64,000 nt of DNA from Promethearchaeota archaeon (GTDB taxonomy: Archaea; Asgardarchaeota; Lokiarchaeia; Sigyniarchaeales; SOKP01): NCBI GenBank assembly GCA_016839705.1, contig JAEOTR010000016.1:54819-118818 (forward strand), in the 5' to 3' direction. The notes under the pieces are model-generated. The model made no database searches and had not been told where the DNA came from. It saw only the letters and a program-made list of their open reading frames with translations. Position numbers and translations under genes: made by a program. The stretch's first letter is position 1, and each line of letters opens with the position of its first letter. Positions 1 to 9,922 of this stretch are shown here, piece after piece.

Positions 1-1
1 C

Positions 2-859
2 TCATTATACCGTTGTTTTAAAAAATACCGAGTAATTTATTTTGGGACAAAATCTGTAAATGCCCGTAAATTTGGCTATTTATTAGGCATATCGGTTATA
101 TTTTTCATATCTATCTATTGGATTAGTTTCTATTCATTGATCGATTTTTATGAATCTCTTATAATACCACTTCATTTTTTACTAGATCTTAATCTTCTAA
201 TACTGCTTGTGAGCACTATTCTAATAATAATTATTGCAGGATTATTTGGGTCACAGACTCAATTACCCCAATTAACAAGAGATTATATAGCACAGCGTAG
301 GAATAGATTAAACCAACTAACATCACCTAGAAGAAATAGTACACCTAATAGATATAGGGAAAGTGTTCGCAATACCACAAGGTCAAATCCAACACCTTCA
401 GCTAGCACGGTAACCCGTACATCAAGATCAGTGAACCATTCATCCCGATCTACACCAACCGCACGAAGACGTTCTACAACTACAAGAACTAAAACAAGTT
501 CTCGAACTGTGAGTAGAGGGCCAACAGGGACACAGGTAAGAAAGAAACAGAGTACTAAAAAAATAACTAACTTTAATATATATAAACCTAAAGCCGCGCG
601 TTTATCATCTGAGGACTTTAAGTGTATTTTTTGCTTTAAATTACCAAAAATTCCTGAGGATAACGGTAGAGGTATAATTTTATGTCCAAATTGTAGATAC
701 CCTGCTCATGCAGATGAATTTAAGGATTGGTTACAAAGTTCCAACCTCTGTTCTCGATGCAGTGCTCCTATTCCTACAACCTATAAGAGAAATCCAAGAA
801 TAATACCGATTAAAACTTATTTAGTAATTGTAAAACATTTTATTGGCAATAAGAGATAA
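2..859 (+). CDS. Membrane protein with Arg/Ser/Thr-rich linker and C-terminal RING-variant zinc finger (5'-truncated by window edge)
   Basis: The frame is open from position 2 (SLYRCFKKYRVIYFG...GYLLGISVIFFISIYWISF), so the TTG at 137 is not the true start. Hydrophobic segments are followed by a low-complexity R/S/T tract and CIFC-x16-CPNC-x4-H-x2-E-x3-W-x6-CSRC. Confidence 0.7.
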   Translation, partial: SLYRCFKKYRVIYFGTKSVNARKFGYLLGISVIFFISIYWISFYSLIDFYESLIIPLHFLLDLNLLILLVSTILIIIIAGLFGSQTQLPQLTRDYIAQRRNRLNQLTSPRRNSTPNRYRESVRNTTRSNPTPSASTVTRTSRSVNHSSRSTPTARRRSTTTRTKTSSRTVSRGPTGTQVRKKQSTKKITNFNIYKPKAARLSSEDFKCIFCFKLPKIPEDNGRGIILCPNCRYPAHADEFKDWLQSSNLCSRCSAPIPTTYKRNPRIIPIKTYLVIVKHFIGNKR

Positions 860-882
860 ATTGGTAATAAATATTTAAGAAT

Positions 883-1827
883 CTAATTTCCTGATTTTAC
901 CTTTTTTTTTAGTTCCCCTATTGTTGTTTTTAACTCAGCATACACATTATGAGGATGGATAGATTCAAAACTTTCAATTTTAAATTCTATTTTAAAATCC
1001 TCTTCTAGATTTGGGAACTCTCTTAAAATAAAATTTTTTGCCATTTCTCTAATGACATCCTCTGAAAACAAAGGTTTTAAATGAGCGCTTCTTACTAGTT
1101 CGGCTTCTTCAGGGCGTTTCAGCACAGATTGTATTTTGCCGCTCATAGATTCTTCTATTACATCAATGATGTCTAAAACGTCAATTTTTTGGCCTGTCAA
1201 ATCCTTTATCTGAACAATAATCGTACCATTTGACCTTTGATTATGTGAAGAGAAGGGAAAGATATTGATGAGTTTTTTAAGATCTTCCTCAGAAACATGT
1301 ATATCTTTTCTGGTTTTGACAACTTCGGTTGCATATTCTTGAGACATTTCTTTTGCGCAAGGACACACTGTCATTCCTACAGCAGTTGCCCCAATATAAT
1401 AAGTGTATTCAATTTCTCCAGATGATTTTCTTTTAGCTTTAACAAAAGATAATATATCATATGATTTTTGGATATTTCTAGTATTATTTTCCCGAACTTG
1501 AACTATAATCTTTCCTTCTAATTTAACTTCCGCTTTGGAAGTATAAGGGTGTCTTTCTAACAACTTTTTAATGATTCTATCGCCTACTAATTCTATTGTC
1601 GGGGTTGGCTTGTATATTACCTCATTTATGACTTCTTCAATAGTTTCGGAAGTCCGCGACATGTGAATACCTCGTTGCTGGGCAGGAAGAGCAATTAATG
1701 CGGAGATTTTTGGGTAAAACGAGTATTTTTTATTCTCTTGTACTATTTCTACTTTTTTCTCTAGCTCAACTATTCCAACCTTGTCAATAGCGATGTCTAT
1801 TGCTGACCCAGAATCTTGTAAGTCCAT
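883..1827 (-). CDS. mptA: GTP cyclohydrolase MptA (FolE2/GCYH-IB family)
   Basis: Motifs DLQD, RGIHMSR, TVCPCA, SHNQR, LKRPEE, P-x-F-x-ED-x-xRE and ESIHPHN. Confidence 0.9.
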   Translation of the reverse strand: MDLQDSGSAIDIAIDKVGIVELEKKVEIVQENKKYSFYPKISALIALPAQQRGIHMSRTSETIEEVINEVIYKPTPTIELVGDRIIKKLLERHPYTSKAEVKLEGKIIVQVRENNTRNIQKSYDILSFVKAKRKSSGEIEYTYYIGATAVGMTVCPCAKEMSQEYATEVVKTRKDIHVSEEDLKKLINIFPFSSHNQRSNGTIIVQIKDLTGQKIDVLDIIDVIEESMSGKIQSVLKRPEEAELVRSAHLKPLFSEDVIREMAKNFILREFPNLEEDFKIEFKIESFESIHPHNVYAELKTTIGELKKKVKSGN

Positions 1828-1946
1828 TTTGAATTTAGGAATTTTGTATCACCAGTAACAAAAAATATTTTATTTAGTTCTAATCTTAAAAAAGATTAGA
1901 TATAATATAAAATAATTTCAAAAAAATTGAATATCTTAAGAATTCG

Positions 1947-3116
1947 ATGCCATTAAAAAGCATTTTTAGCGAGTATGCATTAATTGGAGAGGATTTAGAA
2001 CTTAAACAAGATGTTTCAATAGAAATTGATGAAAATGGAATCATTTCAAAAATAACGTATACAAATCCAGAGGATTCCTTAATAAGTTTTGAAAGAAATC
2101 ATTGCTATTTACTAATACCGGGTTTTATTAATTCTCATACTCATATTGGAGATAATTTTGCGAAAGAACTAGGTTTTAATAAAGAATTAACGGACATAGT
2201 AGCTCCACCATTTGGTCTTAAACATAAACTACTTAGACAAACACCAAGAGATGTTATTATTAAAGGGATTAAAAATGCTGCTTCAGAAATGCTCTCTAAC
2301 GGGATTACTTGCTTTATTGATTTTAGAGAAGGTGGAGTCGAAGGTGTAAATCTTATTAAAGAGGCTTTAGAAATCTCTCCAATAAATTGTTTAATCTTTG
2401 GTAGGTTTATGGATGAAAGCGAAATAGAATTAATTTTTAATCTAGCTGATGGAGTGGGATTATCTAGTTATAAGTTCATATCTGATTCAACTAAGACCTT
2501 TGTAGAGGAATCAAAACAAAATTATAAAAAATTAATTGCTTGCCATTGTGCTGAGAAAAATCGTTTTCCTGAATTAATCAATAGAGTACTTACTGACAAT
2601 TTAGTTGATATCATCATTCATGGTACGAAATTTACTAAAGAAGATTTAGGGAGGATTCAAAGAGCGATGAAATCACTTGTTTTATGCCCCCGATGTAATG
2701 GATATTTTGGAGTAGGATTTCCTCCAATTATAGAGATACTAAAACTTGGAATTCCTATATCTTTAGGTACAGACAATTCGATGGTAAATAGTTCAGATTT
2801 ATTTGAAGAAATGCGTTATCTATATAGAATTTCTAGAATACTTGGTAATTATGATAAAACAATACAATTAACATCAAAAGAACTCTTAAAAATGGTGACA
2901 GTGAATGCTGCAAAAAATTTTCGTTTAGGGATTGAACGTGGTTCAATTTCGGAAGGCAAATTCGCAGATTTTTTTGCAGTTGATTTAAAAGAACCAAATT
3001 TTTATACACTCGACTTAAATGAAAGCAATGTTTTTGATGTGATTGTACAAAGAACAGGAACAGGGAATATTAAAAGAACTTATATAAGAGGAGAAGTAGT
3101 TTTTGAAAGAAACTGA
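1947..3116 (+). CDS. Metal-dependent amidohydrolase (deaminase-like)
   Basis: Motifs PGFINSHTHIGD, HCAE, IHGT, LGTDN and GKFADF. Confidence 0.8.
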   Translation: MPLKSIFSEYALIGEDLELKQDVSIEIDENGIISKITYTNPEDSLISFERNHCYLLIPGFINSHTHIGDNFAKELGFNKELTDIVAPPFGLKHKLLRQTPRDVIIKGIKNAASEMLSNGITCFIDFREGGVEGVNLIKEALEISPINCLIFGRFMDESEIELIFNLADGVGLSSYKFISDSTKTFVEESKQNYKKLIACHCAEKNRFPELINRVLTDNLVDIIIHGTKFTKEDLGRIQRAMKSLVLCPRCNGYFGVGFPPIIEILKLGIPISLGTDNSMVNSSDLFEEMRYLYRISRILGNYDKTIQLTSKELLKMVTVNAAKNFRLGIERGSISEGKFADFFAVDLKEPNFYTLDLNESNVFDVIVQRTGTGNIKRTYIRGEVVFERN

Positions 3117-3774
3117 AAAACCTTATATCATCTTAAGCTGTGCAATGACTATAGATGGGAAGATTGCCTCAAAATCAGGAGATCCGGGCATTTCGGATGA
3201 TGATGACTGGAAGGAAGTTCATAAACTTCGTACGGAAGTAGATGGGATCATGGTAGGAAAGGGTACAATATTGAAAGATAATCCCAAATTACATATTAAA
3301 TATTATTATCATCAAGGATATCTAAGAATTGTTGTAGATAGTAATTTAACCATTCCAATTGATTCCAATGTCATTTCATTTCAACCAGAAACCTACCCTA
3401 CTATTATTTGTACGACTGAAAATGTACCAATTAACCAAATCAAAAAATATGAAGAAAAAAATGTTAAAATCATACAAGCAGGGAAAGGCGACCGAGTAGA
3501 TTTAATAAAGCTTATGCCACTTCTAAAGAAATTGGGATTAAATTCTGTACTTTTAGAAGGCGGGGGAACTTTGAATTGGAGTTTCATAGAAAAGGATTTA
3601 ATTGATGAAATCCGCTTAACTATAGCACCTTGGATTATAGGTGGGAAGGATGCTACAAGTCTGGTAGATGGTATTGGTTTTAGTATAATGAGTGAAGCCC
3701 CGAAATTTGAGTTACTCGAAGAAAGATCTAGAAATAATTATGTCATTTTAAGATATAAAAGGAAAACAAAATGA
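3103..3774 (+). CDS. arfC: 2,5-diamino-6-ribosylamino-4(3H)-pyrimidinone 5'-phosphate reductase (RibD C-terminal family)
   Basis: Motifs AMTIDGKIA, VHKLR-x3-DGIMVG-x2-T-x3-DNP, LLEGGGTLN and P-x-IIGG. Confidence 0.88.
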   Translation: MKETEKPYIILSCAMTIDGKIASKSGDPGISDDDDWKEVHKLRTEVDGIMVGKGTILKDNPKLHIKYYYHQGYLRIVVDSNLTIPIDSNVISFQPETYPTIICTTENVPINQIKKYEEKNVKIIQAGKGDRVDLIKLMPLLKKLGLNSVLLEGGGTLNWSFIEKDLIDEIRLTIAPWIIGGKDATSLVDGIGFSIMSEAPKFELLEERSRNNYVILRYKRKTK

Positions 3775-4871
3775 GTCAAGAAGAGATCGGGGATTTAAAT
3801 CTCCTAACAATAGAAGAAATAAAGAGAAAAGTAAAGGAGATAAGGACTCACTTACCGAGAGATGAGCGTTTTTTCATTACCTATTCAAAAAATTTTACCC
3901 TTTCATTATCAAATTATTGTCAGAATTTTTGCGGGTATTGTTTTTACAATCATAGAATCCCTAAGCCGAATGGACAAGAAAATGCAATCTTACTTGAAAA
4001 TGAGCAAATGCAAACTGCAATTCAAAGAGGTATTAGTCATGATTGCAAAGAAGCATTACTTATGTCTGGAGAAAGGCCTGACAGTTTTAAAGAAGTAAAG
4101 GATGAATTAGAAAAGCGGGGTTGTAAAGATTTTATAGAATTTGTGAAGGAGATTTCTAAATATTTATTGGACTTCAAAATATTACCCCATACAAATTTAG
4201 GTATTCTTACCTATAATGAATTAAAAATACTAAAAGGCTATAATGCTAGTATGGGGTTGATGTTAGAGAGTTCCAACCCGGAATTATTAAAGACTGGTGG
4301 AGTCCATGAAGAATCTCCAGGAAAAATTCCAGATATACGTATAGAACACATAAATAACGCAGGAAAATTAAAGATCCCATTTACCACTGGGCTGTTAATA
4401 GGAATAGGTGAATCTTTTGAAGATAGAATAAAGGATTTGTATTTAATTAAGAAAATTCATAAAAAATATGGTCATATTCAAGAGATTATAATTCAAAACT
4501 TTGTGGAGAAACCAGGAATTCCTTACAAACCGGGGGAAGTAATTATGATTAAAGATTTATTAAGAATCTCAGGAATTGCAAAAATAATCTTAGGTAATGA
4601 GATTGCCATCCAAGTTCCACCAAATCTGATTTCAGGTCATGAAAAGGAGTTTATTGAGATGGGTGTAAATGATTTCGGTGGGATCTCACCCTTTACTATT
4701 GATTATATAAATCCAAGAAAACTATGGCCTCAAATTGATGAATTAAAAAAGATTTGTGAGATGCAAGGGTATCACCTCAAAGAAAGGTTGCCCATTTATG
4801 ATAAATATATTCAAAGAAAAGATTTCTGCTCAGAAAATATTAAAAAAACCATTGATAATATTATTTATTAA
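3771..4871 (+). CDS. cofG: FO synthase subunit 1 (radical SAM)
   Basis: ITYSKN, CQNFCGYC radical SAM motif, PHTNLG, NASMGLMLE, PFTTGLLIGIGE, QVPPNL and DFGGISP; directly upstream of cofH. Confidence 0.92.
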   Translation: MSQEEIGDLNLLTIEEIKRKVKEIRTHLPRDERFFITYSKNFTLSLSNYCQNFCGYCFYNHRIPKPNGQENAILLENEQMQTAIQRGISHDCKEALLMSGERPDSFKEVKDELEKRGCKDFIEFVKEISKYLLDFKILPHTNLGILTYNELKILKGYNASMGLMLESSNPELLKTGGVHEESPGKIPDIRIEHINNAGKLKIPFTTGLLIGIGESFEDRIKDLYLIKKIHKKYGHIQEIIIQNFVEKPGIPYKPGEVIMIKDLLRISGIAKIILGNEIAIQVPPNLISGHEKEFIEMGVNDFGGISPFTIDYINPRKLWPQIDELKKICEMQGYHLKERLPIYDKYIQRKDFCSENIKKTIDNIIY

Positions 4872-4885
4872 AACCCACCACTAAC

Positions 4886-6001
4886 ATGCTTAATCAGATA
4901 GACCCAGAAATTAAAAAAATTTTAAAAAAATCGTTAGACAATGAAGATTTGACTTCTAAGGAAGCTTTAAAATTGTTAAAAGTTCATGGTAAGGAATTTA
5001 TTGCTTTACAAAATGTAGCAAATGAAATTTGTTTTAAAAAAAAAGAAGATATTGTGACATTTGTTATTAATCGAAATATAAATTTCACAAATGTGTGTTT
5101 TCAAGGATGTAAATTTTGTTCATTTAGTCTACCTCCTACTCATGAAGATGCTTTCCTACTTACATTAGAAGAAATTAAAGCTAAAGTCATTGAAGCGAAA
5201 GAATCAAATTGTTCAGAAGTGTGTATTCAAGGGGGAATAAACCCTGAGTTAAATTTTGATTTTTATTTAAATATTCTCAGAGCTGTCAAAGAAGTTGATA
5301 AAGGTATGCATTCTCATGCCTTTTCTCCTCAAGAAATTTATTATATGTCAAAATTATACCATAATTCAGTAGAGAATACTTTAAAGGAATTAAAAAAAGC
5401 CGGATTAGATTCAATCCCAGGTACCGCAGCTGAGATTTTGGTTGATAATGTTCGGAAGGTTGTATGCCCAAATAAGGTTACTACTCAACAATGGATTGAG
5501 ATAATAACAACTGCTCATAATTTAGGAATTCCAACGACTTCAACTATCATGTATGGGCATATTGAGTCACTTAAAGATAGAATTCAACATTTAGAGGTGT
5601 TAAGAAATATTCAAAAAGAAACAAATGGTTTTTCAGAGTTTGTACCTTTACCCTTTGTAAAGGAAAATCCTGTTCTATCTAAGTTGGAAGAATATCCATT
5701 AGTGCCCAGTTATGGGATGGCTGATTTAAAATTATTTTGTGTGTCTCGAATATATTTGAATAATTATATTGATAATATACAATGTTCATGGCCAAAATTA
5801 GGCCCCAAATTTTCACAAGTCTCTTTAAATTATGGTGTAAATGATTTTGGTGGTACATTGTTTGAAGAAAACATTTCTAGAAGTGCTGGAGCAGAGTTTG
5901 GTCAATTTTTATCTTCAGAAGAAATTGTTACAATAATAAAAACGGCGGGTAAACACCCTGCTCTGAGAGATACTTTATATAATATAAAAAAATACTTTTA
6001 A
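4886..6001 (+). CDS. cofH: FO synthase subunit 2 (radical SAM)
   Basis: NRNINFTNVCFQGCKFC, HAFSPQE, PGTAAEIL, TIMYGHIE, DFGGTLFEENISRSAGA and RDTLY. Confidence 0.92.
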   Translation: MLNQIDPEIKKILKKSLDNEDLTSKEALKLLKVHGKEFIALQNVANEICFKKKEDIVTFVINRNINFTNVCFQGCKFCSFSLPPTHEDAFLLTLEEIKAKVIEAKESNCSEVCIQGGINPELNFDFYLNILRAVKEVDKGMHSHAFSPQEIYYMSKLYHNSVENTLKELKKAGLDSIPGTAAEILVDNVRKVVCPNKVTTQQWIEIITTAHNLGIPTTSTIMYGHIESLKDRIQHLEVLRNIQKETNGFSEFVPLPFVKENPVLSKLEEYPLVPSYGMADLKLFCVSRIYLNNYIDNIQCSWPKLGPKFSQVSLNYGVNDFGGTLFEENISRSAGAEFGQFLSSEEIVTIIKTAGKHPALRDTLYNIKKYF

Positions 6002-6004
6002 AAA

Positions 6005-7861
6005 CTAAAGTGCTTGTAGATATTCTAGAATATAGCGTTGGGTTATTAGATCCGAATTAACCATACCCAACACTTTTCCTTCTTGAACAACTGGCATCGC
6101 AGAAATCTGATACTGCTCAAGTTCTCTTACAATATCTAACAAAGAGAAATCTGGTGATGCTGTAATAACTTCCTTCGTCATTATTTTTTCAAGGTTGACA
6201 ACTCCCACTCCCTCAGCAGTAGCTTTAGTTATATCCCAGTCTGTTACAACACCTACTAATCTATCGCTAGAAAGAACAGCAACTATTCCGCTATTATTTT
6301 CAATCATCAAAGTCGCAGCATCTTGAATACTCCTGTTAACATCAATTGTTGGTATTGGAATCATGATATCTTCTGCTTTACGCTCACTTTCCTTTGCAGT
6401 CAAACGTTGGATACTGATACGTTCAGCTGCTGTGCTTGGGAGCATATCAGGATTTGTTGCTAATAAATTAACCAATTCTATCATATTATGATGAATCACG
6501 TCTTCGCGATATTCTTCTCCAGCTCTTAACCTTTGCTTTGAAAGTTCTACGAACTCATCAGAATGATTATTTAACCATTTTTCTACTTTTTTGCGATCTC
6601 CTAACATTCTTTCTGGTATTTGTAAATGATCTGGAGATTTGACGATGTGTTCTTGTGCAGCAAAAATCACACCTCCAGAATTGACTAAGTAATCATTAGC
6701 AATCATAACTCCCTTTTCTCTATATACAATTTGTTCCATTCTAGTTCGGGCTGCTTTTCTATTTGGATCAGGGCTATACGTGTTCGCTCCTTCCACGATT
6801 AACGACCACTTCCCCATACGATCAACCGTAGTCGAAGGGGATTCGGAAAGCCTTACTCCTAAATAATTGAATACAGGGGCTGCAGGAATTAAACAAAAGG
6901 CATTCTCAAGAAGTAAATTATTTCGATTCGTTGAAAATTTAGTTGGATGTTTATATCCTTCAGATATGATATTTTTCTGGAAATATTTATTAGTTACGAG
7001 ACGATTTTCTTGCCATAACCTAAAAAGATCATCTGTTGGCAAACCAGATTCATTGTATAAATAACCTTCTAAATCACTAATACCAATAACTTTAGATTCA
7101 GAAATTCTTTCTTTCAGAATTCGTGCTACGTGAGCCCCAACAGCTCCAAATCCTTGAATCAAAATTTTCAAATCACTGATCTCGGGAATTTCTAAATTAG
7201 CGAATTGAGAGAGTACTCTCAATCTAGGCATGATTTCTAATAATGTTTGTAATGCAATTACAACACCCCCCGCAGCGGCGCCAAGTTCATCAATTCGATT
7301 TCCACCCATGTCAGCTGGTTTTGATACAGCACTATCTAAACCATTTTCTATTGCTATAGTCTTCATATCAGCATCATTTGTTCCTACATCTGGCCCGGGT
7401 ACATAAATATCCTTGTATCTATTAATCAATCGGGCAAACCCACGGATTACTTCATCATGATCCTCCGGCGAGAGATCTCGGTCAGCAACTATCCCCGCCT
7501 TCCCGCCACCATATGGTAAATTAGCCGCTGCGTTTTTTAGAGTCATTCCACGAGCCAAATTATGAATATCTGAGGGTAATATATCAGGTAGCATTCTAAT
7601 TCCCCCCATACTCGGTTTTCCCATACTTAAATTATCAACAACTAAATATCCACCAATTTCCAATAGGGATTCTTCATCCCATATACAAGCGACTAGATGT
7701 GGGCCTAATTTATCAACAACTATCCGAAGTCGAGACAATAGATGCTCATCTACATTACTAAACTCTAAATAACACCTCCCCTTATCCTTTTTAAGCCGAG
7801 TTTTAAGAGTAGCTTCTGGTAATCGCTCTTTTAAAAAAGTTTCCATTTCCTTTGGGATCAT
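6005..7861 (-). CDS. Glu/Leu/Phe/Val dehydrogenase family enzyme fused to a C-terminal CBS pair
   Basis: GGIRM, MTLKNA, GGGKAG (catalytic Lys), PGPDVGT, QGFGAVG, EGAN and NSGGVI. The last ~125 aa contain LVGVVTDWDI...IMTKEVIT...ISAMPVV...GMVNSDLI (two CBS repeats). Confidence 0.85.
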   Translation of the reverse strand: MIPKEMETFLKERLPEATLKTRLKKDKGRCYLEFSNVDEHLLSRLRIVVDKLGPHLVACIWDEESLLEIGGYLVVDNLSMGKPSMGGIRMLPDILPSDIHNLARGMTLKNAAANLPYGGGKAGIVADRDLSPEDHDEVIRGFARLINRYKDIYVPGPDVGTNDADMKTIAIENGLDSAVSKPADMGGNRIDELGAAAGGVVIALQTLLEIMPRLRVLSQFANLEIPEISDLKILIQGFGAVGAHVARILKERISESKVIGISDLEGYLYNESGLPTDDLFRLWQENRLVTNKYFQKNIISEGYKHPTKFSTNRNNLLLENAFCLIPAAPVFNYLGVRLSESPSTTVDRMGKWSLIVEGANTYSPDPNRKAARTRMEQIVYREKGVMIANDYLVNSGGVIFAAQEHIVKSPDHLQIPERMLGDRKKVEKWLNNHSDEFVELSKQRLRAGEEYREDVIHHNMIELVNLLATNPDMLPSTAAERISIQRLTAKESERKAEDIMIPIPTIDVNRSIQDAATLMIENNSGIVAVLSSDRLVGVVTDWDITKATAEGVGVVNLEKIMTKEVITASPDFSLLDIVRELEQYQISAMPVVQEGKVLGMVNSDLITQRYILEYLQAL

Positions 7862-8018
7862 AAACTCTCTCCTTTGAGATATTATATCTTAGCAATTTCT
7901 TTAAGATTTTATAATTAAATATTTTTTCACTTTTGTTACTTTTACAATATGATAAATCTAATTTTTTTTATAGGTAAAACCATTTAAATAAGTAATTTAT
8001 TTAAATCGAAAATTTGAA

Positions 8019-8351
8019 ATGGTGTTATTTATGGCAATAATAACTATCGCAATTCTTAACGTTAAAGAAGGTAAGATGGAAGAAGCTAAGGAAGCCTTAA
8101 GGAAACTCGTCCCGAAAGTTAAAGAATCAGAACCAGGAACATTAGAATATATCCCTCATACATTTAAATATAATCCTAATTCTATTATTTTTTATGAAGT
8201 GTATGAAGATGAAGACGCAGCCAAGGCCCATTCAGCTAACTTACCGAAAAATATGGTAGAATTCGGGCCTTTGTTGGATAGAGGTATGGTGCTTCTTAAT
8301 ATAGTTAATGATAAATTAGTTTCCGTAAGAAACATAGAAAAAATAATATAA
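8019..8351 (+). CDS. ABM (antibiotic biosynthesis monooxygenase/putative quinol monooxygenase) family protein
   Basis: VKEGK, EPGTLEY and FYEVYEDEDAAKAH pattern. Confidence 0.75.
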   Translation: MVLFMAIITIAILNVKEGKMEEAKEALRKLVPKVKESEPGTLEYIPHTFKYNPNSIIFYEVYEDEDAAKAHSANLPKNMVEFGPLLDRGMVLLNIVNDKLVSVRNIEKII

Positions 8352-8365
8352 ACATTTTTTTTTAT

Positions 8366-9922
8366 TTATTCATCTTGAATATAAGGTTTTCCAAGAAGTA
8401 AAGATATTTCAGCTTTTTTAAGTTCTCTTCCCAAATAATTTAAATGATACATATCCCTTGTTAAATTTTGCTTAATTACTTCTTTACTAAGAGCTTCAGC
8501 ATTTTCCCCCATAAAGGTATAGAGCAATTTTTCTTTATTTGAATAAAATAGAACAAAAATTTTTCTCGTAAATTTATTTACATAGATTCTAAAATAACCT
8601 TTATCATCGGGAACATAATCTTGCGTTAATTTATCTACAAGAATCGCATTATCGTCTTTAATTTGAGGTATTTTTTGATCTGTTTTACCTTTAGCTTTAA
8701 ATAAAGATAATCCTTGATTTATTGGAGGTGTTTTTTTGTATTTTGCTAAATAGTTAAGCTTTATGCTATCTTTCAATTCTCTTACCCCACCAAATAGTTT
8801 AGGGCTATGTTCAACAGTAAATAATACACCCATATCTAATTCAACGGCAATACTTGCAAGTAGACCGTTGATTCCCACAGAATCTACGTCCATTAATTCA
8901 ACCACGTTTGAAATTCCAAAAAAGAGAGGTAACTGTTCGTTCAGGGGAAGTTTATTGTATAGAAAATAGCCCTCGAATGAATTACAAATACCGGGAGATA
9001 TTGGGGTTTCTAGTAAAGGGTCAGCAATCAATTTAGTAAATCCATGATTTTTCAATTTTTTTGTTAAAATCTGTAATTTTTCAACTCGAGTTCCAGGATC
9101 CCTAGGAAAATTTCCCTCCTTAATATTTGTTGGGAGAATGACAATTGGGATATTTTTAGGGATATCGACAAAATCTTTATAATTTCCAATATCCAGGCTA
9201 AGGATCATATCAATATTCACATCTACAGCTGCTAATATTTCAGAAGGATCCATAGAATCTATGCTAAGTAAAATCTTAAAATTACTCCTTAAAATTTGGA
9301 TAATTTCTTTAACTTTTAGGGGATTTGGCTTATTTGACACGCACCCAATATCAATTATATCGGCTCCTGAATCAATATAATGTTTAGCCTTCTTGATAAT
9401 ACTTTTATCACTTTTATCCGTACAGTTTACTATTTCGGCTATAATCGGTGGTGGGAGGTCTCTTCCTATTATTAATTCGGATTTTTCCTCATTAATATAA
9501 AAGGTTTGTAGTCCTAGATCTTTCTTTGCTGTATCATATCGCTCTTTTACTATTTGGTTATAGAGATCTTCACCGGAGAATTCGATTATTTTATTAGCGG
9601 GGATAACATTAGATAAATCTACATTTTCAATTTTTTTTAATAAGGCGGGGAGTTCTGAGGCGAATTCAGGTCCTTTCCGTATCCTAACAGAGAATTTTTC
9701 TTCCAAGGAGGTTGAGTCCCATTGTACAAAACCGGGTAGTAAAACAAGATCATAATTTAAAATTGATTTAGTATTAAGAATTTCTTCCGTTAAGGATTCA
9801 TCTAAAAATGCCGATACCGAAATTGGAGCTTCTTCAATTTCTATTGTGTGAATTTTAACTGAATTTATGATTTTTTTTATAATTGGATAACTTTGTGTAC
9901 CTGTAATGATAAGTATTTTAAT
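8366..9922 (-). CDS. Dihydropteroate synthase-like protein (methanopterin-pathway type), probable ATT start at 9922
   Basis: PPPIIAEI, GADIIDIG, SIDS, IADP, NVVELMDVDSVGING, and a C-terminal DDKGYFRI...HLNYLGRELKKAE...YIQD domain. The frame stays open upstream of the 9706 TTG to 9922 and encodes the family-like N-terminus IKILIITG...APISVSAF...YDLVLLPG. Confidence 0.8.
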   Translation of the reverse strand: MKILIITGTQSYPIIKKIINSVKIHTIEIEEAPISVSAFLDESLTEEILNTKSILNYDLVLLPGFVQWDSTSLEEKFSVRIRKGPEFASELPALLKKIENVDLSNVIPANKIIEFSGEDLYNQIVKERYDTAKKDLGLQTFYINEEKSELIIGRDLPPPIIAEIVNCTDKSDKSIIKKAKHYIDSGADIIDIGCVSNKPNPLKVKEIIQILRSNFKILLSIDSMDPSEILAAVDVNIDMILSLDIGNYKDFVDIPKNIPIVILPTNIKEGNFPRDPGTRVEKLQILTKKLKNHGFTKLIADPLLETPISPGICNSFEGYFLYNKLPLNEQLPLFFGISNVVELMDVDSVGINGLLASIAVELDMGVLFTVEHSPKLFGGVRELKDSIKLNYLAKYKKTPPINQGLSLFKAKGKTDQKIPQIKDDNAILVDKLTQDYVPDDKGYFRIYVNKFTRKIFVLFYSNKEKLLYTFMGENAEALSKEVIKQNLTRDMYHLNYLGRELKKAEISLLLGKPYIQDE

